49,898 bases of DNA from assembly GCA_944363855.1 (NCBI GenBank), contig CALVVM010000035.1, forward strand, positions 1 through 49,898. Direction: 5' to 3'. The position numbers were made by a program, and so were the translations under genes. The stretch is from an uncultured Bacilli bacterium. Its GTDB lineage: Bacteria; Bacillota_I; Bacilli_A; RF39; UBA660. The stretch's first letter is position 1, and the number at the start of each line of letters is the position of its first letter. The notes below the pieces were generated by a model. That model saw only the letters and a list, made by a program, of their open reading frames with translations, searched no databases and was not told where the DNA came from. Positions 8,318 through 15,473 of the stretch are shown one piece after another.

Positions 8318-9313
8318 ATGAATGTTATTGTATCTAATAAAAATCAATTATTATTAGAAAATTTAGGAATAGATATCATTAAAGAGATGAATGGAGAATT
8401 TGAAGTAGATGAAATAATTGCTACATTTCAAAATTTCTTTTATCAAAGAATGATACTTGATATTACGGCAATAAAAAATTATACAGATATGGTTAATTTA
8501 CAAAAATTATCTATTTCTTTAGATATGCAGAAATTAATATTGTTACTAGATGGAACAGAGGAAACTAGTAATCCTAATTTCTTATCTAATTTAGTATCTA
8601 TGGGAATTTATAATTTTACTAAGAATATGGAAGGTATTCAATATTTATATAATACGCCTAATACATATAGGGATGTTGCACAATTTCATAGGTTGGATGC
8701 AACATTTGGTAATGCTGCTATGGCAAATTCTCAACCTATAGTTGCTGCACCTGTGGTAGAAGTTGCTCCACAGCCAGAGTTTTATGGAACTAGAGTTATA
8801 GGAGTTAAAAACGTAACTAAACAATCTGGGGCAAGTAGCTTGGTATATATGATGAAGAATGAACTAAGTAAAAATTATAGTGCAGTTGCTATAGAAGTTG
8901 ATAAAACTGATTTTACTTATTTTAAAGATAAAAGTTTAATATCAACTATAACAAGTGAAGTTGGAAGTGTTATTAACAAGCATAAAGATAAGAATGTAAT
9001 TATTATTGACATTAATAATAGTCTAGTTGCTGAAGGTTTTTGTCAAGATGTGTTATATTTAATTGAACCATCAATTATTAAATTACAAAAATTAATGACA
9101 CTTAATGCTACTGCATTACAAGGTTTAAAAGATAAAAAAATAATTTTAAATCAAAGCTTATTAAGTTCAAGTGAAATTGCTAATTTTGAATATGAAGCTA
9201 GAGTTAAGGTTTTTTATAATTTAGCTCCATTAAACGAAAGAGATAAAAAATTGCCAGAACTTAATAAATTATTAGTTAAGCTTGGGTTTAGTAAACAACA
9301 AAGTGAAATCTAG
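8318..9313 (+). CDS. TadZ/CpaE-like protein (receiver-like N-domain plus degenerate ParA/MinD-type ATPase domain)
   Basis: C-terminal half has VIGVKNVTKQSGASSLVYMM, a deviant P-loop-like segment, and NVIIIDIN, which is Walker-B-like. Position within the Tad module supports the call. Confidence 0.45.
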   Translation: MNVIVSNKNQLLLENLGIDIIKEMNGEFEVDEIIATFQNFFYQRMILDITAIKNYTDMVNLQKLSISLDMQKLILLLDGTEETSNPNFLSNLVSMGIYNFTKNMEGIQYLYNTPNTYRDVAQFHRLDATFGNAAMANSQPIVAAPVVEVAPQPEFYGTRVIGVKNVTKQSGASSLVYMMKNELSKNYSAVAIEVDKTDFTYFKDKSLISTITSEVGSVINKHKDKNVIIIDINNSLVAEGFCQDVLYLIEPSIIKLQKLMTLNATALQGLKDKKIILNQSLLSSSEIANFEYEARVKVFYNLAPLNERDKKLPELNKLLVKLGFSKQQSEI

Positions 9314-9323
9314 GGGGAGATTT

Positions 9324-9743
9324 ATGAAAAAAATATTAAATATATTGTTAATTGTGTTGATTAATTTGATTTTTATTGACATTGTCGGAGCAGAAACGTA
9401 TAATAATTATTCGCCAGCTACTGTTAGTTGCGGGGATGGTTTATTAACTAGTATACCTAATGCTGTTCCAAAAGTTGTTAGTATTGCTTATACAATAATA
9501 CAAATAGCAATACCTGTAATATTGGTTGTTATGGGAACTTTAGATTTATTTAAGGGAATAACAGCTCAAAAAGAAGATGAAATGAAAAAAGGACAGCAAA
9601 TGTTTGTAAAGAGACTTATTGCTGCTGCACTAATTTTCTTCGTGTTTGTTATAGTAAAAGTTGTTGTAAGTTTTGTGGCTGATGGAAGTAGTGTTGCTAT
9701 AATGGAATGTGCAGAGTGTTTTATAAACAACAATTGTGATTAG
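9324..9743 (+). CDS. VirB2/TrbC-like two-helix pilin-module protein, paralogue 1
   Basis: Start at ATG 9324 behind RBS GGGGGAG. Sec signal peptide, a C-G box, helix 1 IIQIAIPVILVVMG, charged loop LDLFKGITAQKEDEMKKGQQ, helix 2 LIAAALIFFVFVIVKVVV, then ECAECFINNNC. Confidence 0.5.
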   Translation: MKKILNILLIVLINLIFIDIVGAETYNNYSPATVSCGDGLLTSIPNAVPKVVSIAYTIIQIAIPVILVVMGTLDLFKGITAQKEDEMKKGQQMFVKRLIAAALIFFVFVIVKVVVSFVADGSSVAIMECAECFINNNCD

Positions 9744-9753
9744 AGGTGAAAAT

Positions 9754-10158
9754 ATGAAGAAAAAAGTATTATTTGTTATTTTATTTGCTATTATGTTTTT
9801 ACCTGTTATAAGTGTAAGTGCTGTAACAAAGGTTGGTTGTGGAAATATAACAGGGATTCCTGAAAAAATTCCAGAATTAACTAGTTTTGCTATAACATTT
9901 ATACAGATAGCTGTGCCTATTGTATTGGTTATAATGGGATCATTAGATTTATTTAAAGGAGTAACTGCTCAAAAAGAAGATGAGATAAAAAAGGGACAGC
10001 AAATGTTCATAAAAAGATTGATATATGCTGCTATAATATTCTTTGTGATAGTAGTTGCTAAACTTTTAATTAGTGTAGTCGCAGATTCTACTACAAGCAA
10101 TAATATAGCGGAATGTATAGATTGTTTCTTAAGTGGAACGGAAAATTGTAGGAGGTAG
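9754..10158 (+). CDS. VirB2/TrbC-like two-helix pilin-module protein, paralogue 2
   Basis: Start at ATG 9754 behind RBS GAGGTGA. Same architecture as paralogue 1, with loop LDLFKGVTAQKEDEIKKGQQ and tail ECIDCFLSGTENC. Confidence 0.5.
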   Translation: MKKKVLFVILFAIMFLPVISVSAVTKVGCGNITGIPEKIPELTSFAITFIQIAVPIVLVIMGSLDLFKGVTAQKEDEIKKGQQMFIKRLIYAAIIFFVIVVAKLLISVVADSTTSNNIAECIDCFLSGTENCRR

Positions 10159-10160
10159 TT

Positions 10161-10571
10161 ATGAAAAAGAAAATATTTATGATAATGATTTTAGCGCTTT
10201 TAGTTTTTTATGCTCCATCTATTTTGGCTGTTAATATGACTGGATGTGAGGCTAATTTACCAGGTGTTGTTATAGATGCTAAAATACCAAATACTGTACA
10301 TACAATAATTGTTGTTATCAAGATAGCTGTACCAGTATTATTAGTAATTTTTGGTATGTTAGATTTATTTAAAGGCTTAACAGCGCAAAAAGAAGATGAA
10401 ATAAAAAAAGGTCAAAATTTATTTATTAAAAGACTTATATCAGCAGCTATAATATTCTTTGTAATATCAATTGTACAATTGATGGTTAGTTTTGTAGCTG
10501 GTGATGAAGGTATAATGACATGTGCTAATTGTTTTATAAATGGTGTTAAAAGCGACGGAACATGTAAATAG
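10161..10571 (+). CDS. VirB2/TrbC-like two-helix pilin-module protein, paralogue 3
   Basis: RBS AGGAGG. Signal peptide, loop LDLFKGLTAQKEDEIKKGQN, tail CANCFINGVKSDGTC. Confidence 0.5.
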   Translation: MKKKIFMIMILALLVFYAPSILAVNMTGCEANLPGVVIDAKIPNTVHTIIVVIKIAVPVLLVIFGMLDLFKGLTAQKEDEIKKGQNLFIKRLISAAIIFFVISIVQLMVSFVAGDEGIMTCANCFINGVKSDGTCK

Positions 10572-10579
10572 GAGGGTTT

Positions 10580-11698
10580 ATGGTAGAAGCTTTAAAAAAA
10601 TTGGATAAAAAGTTTTTAATAATAGCAGGTTGTATTATTTTAATTCCAATATTTGTTATAGTATTTTTAGCTATAGTACAAGGATGTAGTGGTGGAACTA
10701 TCACTTACGAGAAATATGAACAAAAAATGATTTCAGCAGCTCAAAAATATTTTGCTGATAAAAATAAAATTCCAGTTGAGGAATCAGATTTAGTTACAGT
10801 TAAATTGAATAAATTAGTTAGTGGAGGATATATTAAATCTACTGAGGATTTATTGGAAGATAGTACTTGTGATGGTGAAGTTAATATTAGAAGAAATGGC
10901 TCATCTATTGAAACCAATGGAGATGGTTTCTTGAATTATACTGTTACTTTAAATTGCGATGATTATAGTACTACACATCTTGTGGATAAAATAAAAGAAG
11001 ATGTTGTGATAACTGAGTCTGGTTTGTATCAAATTGGTGAAGATTATGTATTTAAAGGAGATAAAGTTAATAATTATATTAATATATTTGATATTAGTTA
11101 TAGAATAATGAGTATAGATAAAAATAATATAATTAAACTTGTAAAATCTGAACCAGAAATAACATCTAGAATTTGGGATAATAAATTTAATATTGAAGTT
11201 AATCATTCATACGGTAAAAACATATATAAAGATAGCGTCATTTTAACTTATTTATTAAATGATTATGAAAATGCTAAAAAAGTAAGTAAAAAAGCAAAAC
11301 AACATATAGTAGCGTACGATGTATGTATCGGTAAAAGAAGTGTTAATGACTATAGTATAAGTAAAGAATTAGATTGTTCGCAAGTGTTAGAAAATCAGGT
11401 TATATCTTTAATGAATGTTTCTGATTTTGCTATGGCAAGTTCAGATCCTGATTGTAATTCTACAACATCTAGAGCTTGTAAAAATTATAACTATTTATCA
11501 AAAATTGCTACTTCTACTTGGACGTTGAATACTGTAAGCGAAAATACTTATGAAGCTTTCTTTATTTCAGATGGATTATCTGAACATCAAAATGCTAATT
11601 CATATAATGAATATAATATAGTTATTTATATCGATGGAAATGAACTTTATACTTCAGGAGAAGGTACTGCTTTAAATCCATATATAATAAATGAATAA
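10580..11698 (+). CDS. N-terminally anchored large extracellular protein, candidate pilus-associated or adhesin-like component
   Basis: RBS AGGAGGG. One N-terminal TM. A segment (LVTVKLNKLVSGGYIKSTEDLLEDSTCDGEV) is reminiscent of ComGC-type pilin heads. Cys-containing C-domain ends in SGEGTALNPYII. Confidence 0.3.
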   Translation: MVEALKKLDKKFLIIAGCIILIPIFVIVFLAIVQGCSGGTITYEKYEQKMISAAQKYFADKNKIPVEESDLVTVKLNKLVSGGYIKSTEDLLEDSTCDGEVNIRRNGSSIETNGDGFLNYTVTLNCDDYSTTHLVDKIKEDVVITESGLYQIGEDYVFKGDKVNNYINIFDISYRIMSIDKNNIIKLVKSEPEITSRIWDNKFNIEVNHSYGKNIYKDSVILTYLLNDYENAKKVSKKAKQHIVAYDVCIGKRSVNDYSISKELDCSQVLENQVISLMNVSDFAMASSDPDCNSTTSRACKNYNYLSKIATSTWTLNTVSENTYEAFFISDGLSEHQNANSYNEYNIVIYIDGNELYTSGEGTALNPYIINE

Positions 11699-11700
11699 TA

Positions 11701-11729
11701 TTGACTTTTATTATAAAAAAATATATAAT
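11701..11729 (+). promoter_or_regulatory. near-consensus sigma-A promoter TTGACT-N17-TATAAT
   Basis: TTGACT at 11701-11706, a 17-nt spacer, TATAAT at 11724-11729. Lies 25 nt upstream of ATG 11754, which has RBS AGGAGG. Confidence 0.6.
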
Positions 11730-11753
11730 TAAATTAGATTAGGAGGAAAGAAA

Positions 11754-12131
11754 ATGATTTTAGCAAAAGTTTTAATGAGTGGTGAATATACTTGTGGAGG
11801 TACTAATTTAGTTTTCTCTGGAACTTTCCCATATTTAGTTTCAACAATAGTTTTATTAATTAAAATAGCTGTTCCGATTTTACTTATTATATTTGGTATG
11901 TTGGATTTAGGTAAAGCTGTAGTTGCATCAAAAGAAGATGAAATTAAAAAAGGTCAAGGATTGTTTATTAAACGCGCGATTTCTGCAGTTGTTGTATTCT
12001 TTGTAATTCAAATAGTGCAAATAATTGTTAGATTTGTTTCTGGAAATGATGCTTCAGTAGCAAACTGCTTTAACTGTTTTATAAACGGGACTTCAGCAAG
12101 TAATGCTTGTGAATCTACAGTAGTAGAATAA
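11754..12131 (+). CDS. VirB2/TrbC-like two-helix pilin-module protein, paralogue 4 (own promoter and terminator; candidate major subunit)
   Basis: 125 aa with no long Sec-type signal peptide (MILAKVLMSGEYTCGG). Loop LDLGKAVVASKEDEIKKGQG, tail CFNCFINGTSASNAC. Confidence 0.5.
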   Translation: MILAKVLMSGEYTCGGTNLVFSGTFPYLVSTIVLLIKIAVPILLIIFGMLDLGKAVVASKEDEIKKGQGLFIKRAISAVVVFFVIQIVQIIVRFVSGNDASVANCFNCFINGTSASNACESTVVE

Positions 12132-12142
12132 TGAAATTATGG

Positions 12143-12176
12143 GTGCAAATAATATTGATTATTTGCACTTTTTTTG
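12143..12176 (+). terminator. strong rho-independent terminator
   Basis: Perfect 11-bp stem GTGCAAATAAT (12143-12153) / ATTATTTGCAC (12158-12168), loop ATTG, then T7. Confidence 0.8.
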
Positions 12177-12183
12177 TTATAAT
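12175..12183 (+). promoter_or_regulatory. extended -10 element TGT-TATAAT ahead of the VirB6-like gene
   Basis: TGTTATAAT at 12175-12183, about 48 nt upstream of ATG 12231. Confidence 0.4.
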
Positions 12184-12230
12184 GTTACATGAGTATGAGT
12201 GTCTTTTTATGCTTGTTAGGAGGAGTAAAG

Positions 12231-14615
12231 ATGTTTGTATTAGCAAATATGTGGTTTCAAACATTAATGAGACAATTTTTCTTTAATATTGATAAGATTG
12301 TTTTTAATTTTATATCAACAATTTATGATTTTTTAATAACTATTGCTAGGACATCGGTTCTTTCGCAAGCAGATATTATGGATATGGCTGATAGAATTTA
12401 TAAGTTGTTAGCTATTTTTATGATATTTAAAGTTACATTTTCTTTAATAATGTATGTAGTTAATCCAGATGACTTTTCTGATAAAAATAAGGGAGTTGGA
12501 AAACTAGGCACTAATATAGTTATATCTTTAGCTTTATTAATCTTAACTCCTTATATATTTAGTTATGCATATCAATTACAAACAATTATTTTAGAAGACA
12601 ACTCTTTATCAGCGCTTATTTTTGGTGATGCACAAGAAAATTCTACAGAATCACCATTTGAAAGCGCGGGAGATTCGATGGCTTATATTACCATGGCACC
12701 GTTCTTTACTCCTAATGCTGCAATAGATGAGTTATATGAATGCGCACAATTGACTACTAAAGATTCAAATGGCAAAGTGGTTTTTAATGAAGCTTGTTCT
12801 GGGTTGAATTCAAATTATGAATCTACAAATGATACTGATTCGATGTATGCTTTAGTAAATGATAGATTTACAGAGCAAACTTTAAAGAATTATGTAGCAG
12901 GTGTTTCAGTAGGAAATCTTGGACTTATGTTTAGACAAGATATGGCAGTTGCTACTGATGAAGATAATACAGAATATATAATTGATTATAAATATTTATT
13001 TAGTACAGTTCTTGGAATTGTTGTGGTTTTATTACTTGTTACATTCTGTATGGATGTTGCACTTCGTAGTATAAAACTTGCATTTTTACAATTAGTTGCG
13101 CCTATTCCAATTATCTCTTTTGTAGATCCTAAGAGTGGAAAAGACGGAATGTTTAAAAAATGGGCTGAGATGTGCGTTAAAACATATATAAGTTTATTTA
13201 TTCGATTATTAGCTATCTATTTTGCTGCTTATATAATTAGTAGAATTGATAGTATGGTAGATATTATAGATGGTTCTTATGTAAGTAATTTATTAGTAAA
13301 AATATTTATCATAATAGGTGCTTTAATGTTTGCTAAGCAATTACCTAAAATACTTGAAGGTTTAGGAATTAAATTAGATGGTGGATTTACTTTAAACCCT
13401 TTAAAGAAAATGGAAAACGAAATGCTTGGAGGGAAGACTGTTTCTAAAACTGGAAAAGAAGTGGGAAAATATGCTGGAAGATTAGGAAAAGGATTAGGTA
13501 CTGCGGCCTTAGTTGGTGGTAGTTCGTTAGTTATGGGTCATGGTTTTAGAGGTACAGGAACAGCAATGAAAAATGCTTGGAAAGGAGAAAAATTTGGAAA
13601 GAATTTTTCAAATTCATATGGAGTAGCTAAAGCGAAACATAAAGAAAGAGATGAAATGGAAGCTGCTGGAGTAACTCGAAGTGATGTTATGAAAAACAAA
13701 TGGTATAATGCTAGACATGGGGAAACTAGAATGGAAAGAGCAGCAACTTCAACAAAAAAAATGGAAGCTGTAGCTAAATCATGGGATGATTTTACAGGCG
13801 CTGTAACTGCTGTAGATAAAGAAGCGAAAAGACGTAAGGCTGTAGTAGATGGAATTAAACAAGCTGGTACCGCAGCGTTTACAGATCAAGAAAGTTTAAC
13901 AGCACAACAACAATACGATTCTGCTGTTGCTACAAAAAATTCTCAAATATCTAAATTAGAAGAGAGAAGAAAAGAAAGTGTAAATAAAACTAGTCAAATA
14001 AAGATTGATCAAACAAGATTAAGAAATGAACAATCTAAGTTAAATAGAGCAGATTTTTCTTCTGACGCTGAATTTTATGAAGCAAGGGCCAATTATACGC
14101 AAAGAATAGCTGCGTTAGACGAAGAATTAAAACAATATGACATAAAAACATTAGATCAAGAAATTAATAAAACAAAAGCTGAAAGAGATAATTTAGCTGT
14201 AACTGACTTTAAAGATATTGTTGGAAAATCAGCGGCTGATCAATATGAAGAAGCAATCAAGAAAGCAGAAGGCGATTTAGACGATTATGTTAATGCGGTA
14301 GTAGATGGAAGTCAAAAAATATATGATGGAACATCTGATGGTTCTGCCGGTGGTAAAGAAGCAGAAATTAGAGTTGCCAATATTAAAGCTGCTAGAGATA
14401 AGTTAATTGCACAAATTAATGCTGAACAAATCGAATATGTGGATGGCGCTGGTCAACAACAAGTAATTGAAATAGGTATGTTAGATCAAAATGGTAAACC
14501 TTTATCTGCTAAAGCAATTGCAAAAGGTACTGTTGGCAAGAAAAATGCATGGCATAGTTCAAGCACTTACGATCAAATGGAATCTGTTGCTAGATTTACT
14601 GGAGAAAAGAAATAA
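12231..14615 (+). CDS. VirB6/TcpH/TrbL-like polytopic T4SS channel protein with a long hydrophilic coiled-coil C-terminal half
   Basis: Start at ATG 12231 behind RBS AGGAGG. At least 6 TM helices in the first ~400 aa. The last ~390 aa are K/E/A/Q-rich and heptad-like. Lies directly upstream of the VirB3- and VirB4-like genes. Confidence 0.6.
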   Translation: MFVLANMWFQTLMRQFFFNIDKIVFNFISTIYDFLITIARTSVLSQADIMDMADRIYKLLAIFMIFKVTFSLIMYVVNPDDFSDKNKGVGKLGTNIVISLALLILTPYIFSYAYQLQTIILEDNSLSALIFGDAQENSTESPFESAGDSMAYITMAPFFTPNAAIDELYECAQLTTKDSNGKVVFNEACSGLNSNYESTNDTDSMYALVNDRFTEQTLKNYVAGVSVGNLGLMFRQDMAVATDEDNTEYIIDYKYLFSTVLGIVVVLLLVTFCMDVALRSIKLAFLQLVAPIPIISFVDPKSGKDGMFKKWAEMCVKTYISLFIRLLAIYFAAYIISRIDSMVDIIDGSYVSNLLVKIFIIIGALMFAKQLPKILEGLGIKLDGGFTLNPLKKMENEMLGGKTVSKTGKEVGKYAGRLGKGLGTAALVGGSSLVMGHGFRGTGTAMKNAWKGEKFGKNFSNSYGVAKAKHKERDEMEAAGVTRSDVMKNKWYNARHGETRMERAATSTKKMEAVAKSWDDFTGAVTAVDKEAKRRKAVVDGIKQAGTAAFTDQESLTAQQQYDSAVATKNSQISKLEERRKESVNKTSQIKIDQTRLRNEQSKLNRADFSSDAEFYEARANYTQRIAALDEELKQYDIKTLDQEINKTKAERDNLAVTDFKDIVGKSAADQYEEAIKKAEGDLDDYVNAVVDGSQKIYDGTSDGSAGGKEAEIRVANIKAARDKLIAQINAEQIEYVDGAGQQQVIEIGMLDQNGKPLSAKAIAKGTVGKKNAWHSSSTYDQMESVARFTGEKK

Positions 14616-14635
14616 TAAAAAGGGTGTGATACTAA

Positions 14636-14956
14636 ATGGAAAATTCATATTTAATACCAGCAAATTCAAAGAAGAGTTTGCTTAAGTTTGGAGCATTTAA
14701 TACAGTAGATTTAATAATATTTGGATGTGGGATAGGGCTATCGTTCTTGTTAATGATGCTCCTTCCTGTAGACAAATTTGCTATAGCTGTATTAGCTATT
14801 AGTCCAGGTCTTATATGTGGTTTCTTGGTTTTACCGATTCCAAATTATCATAATATAAGAACTGTTATAAAAAATGCTTGGATTTTCTATACTACTAGAC
14901 AAAAATATATATGGAAGGGTTGGTGCTTTGAATATGTCGAAAGAAATAAAAAGTAA
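14636..14956 (+). CDS. PrgI/VirB3-like small two-TM T4SS protein
   Basis: 106 aa. N-terminus IPANSKKSLLKFGAFNTVDLIIFGCGIGLSFLL followed by a second TM. Immediately precedes VirB4. Confidence 0.55.
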   Translation: MENSYLIPANSKKSLLKFGAFNTVDLIIFGCGIGLSFLLMMLLPVDKFAIAVLAISPGLICGFLVLPIPNYHNIRTVIKNAWIFYTTRQKYIWKGWCFEYVERNKK

Positions 14957-15473
14957 ATATACTGATGTTCCTGTAAAGGATATCGCTAATGGTGTTATAG
15001 TACTTGATAATAATCAAAAAGTAACTGGCGTAAAAATAATGCCAAGAAATATTTTTATACTTGATCAATCAATGCAAGATGCAATTATTATGAATTTAAG
15101 AAATGTATATAATGCTATTGATTATGAGTTTTGGATTGTAGTTGCTGATAGACCAGTTGATATAAATGTTTATTTATCTCAATTACAACTTTTATACAAT
15201 CAAGTAACTGACACTAAAAAAAGAAAATTAATTTTGGAAGATATTAATAAAGCTAATATGTTTATGAATAATAATGTGGTTGATACAGAATATTTCTTAC
15301 TATTTAAAGATAAAGATAGTGATTTATTGCAAAAAAGAATTCGTAATTTGATTAATAATTTTGCAAGTGCAGGATTAACTGCATTTCAAACAAATAATGA
15401 TGATTTAAGAATGATACTTGATAATTTCTTAAATGGTGGACAAACTACTACATTTGGGACGGTGTTAGCATAA
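14934..15473 (+). CDS. VirB4 N-terminal domain encoded as a separate ORF (Tn916 Orf16-like N-terminus)
   Basis: Start at ATG 14934 (MSKEIK). DVPVKDIANGVIVLDNNQKVTGVKIMPRNIFILDQSMQDAII matches the usual N-terminal pattern of Gram-positive VirB4 proteins. Ends in a TAATG overlap with the ATPase ORF. Confidence 0.6.
   Translation: MSKEIKSKYTDVPVKDIANGVIVLDNNQKVTGVKIMPRNIFILDQSMQDAIIMNLRNVYNAIDYEFWIVVADRPVDINVYLSQLQLLYNQVTDTKKRKLILEDINKANMFMNNNVVDTEYFLLFKDKDSDLLQKRIRNLINNFASAGLTAFQTNNDDLRMILDNFLNGGQTTTFGTVLA

Noticed and set aside
14491-14685. 64-aa plus-strand ORF spanning the VirB6-like stop and the VirB3-like start
   Set aside because: It is out of frame with both well-supported genes and has no RBS. 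The VirB3-like ATG 14636 has its own RBS.
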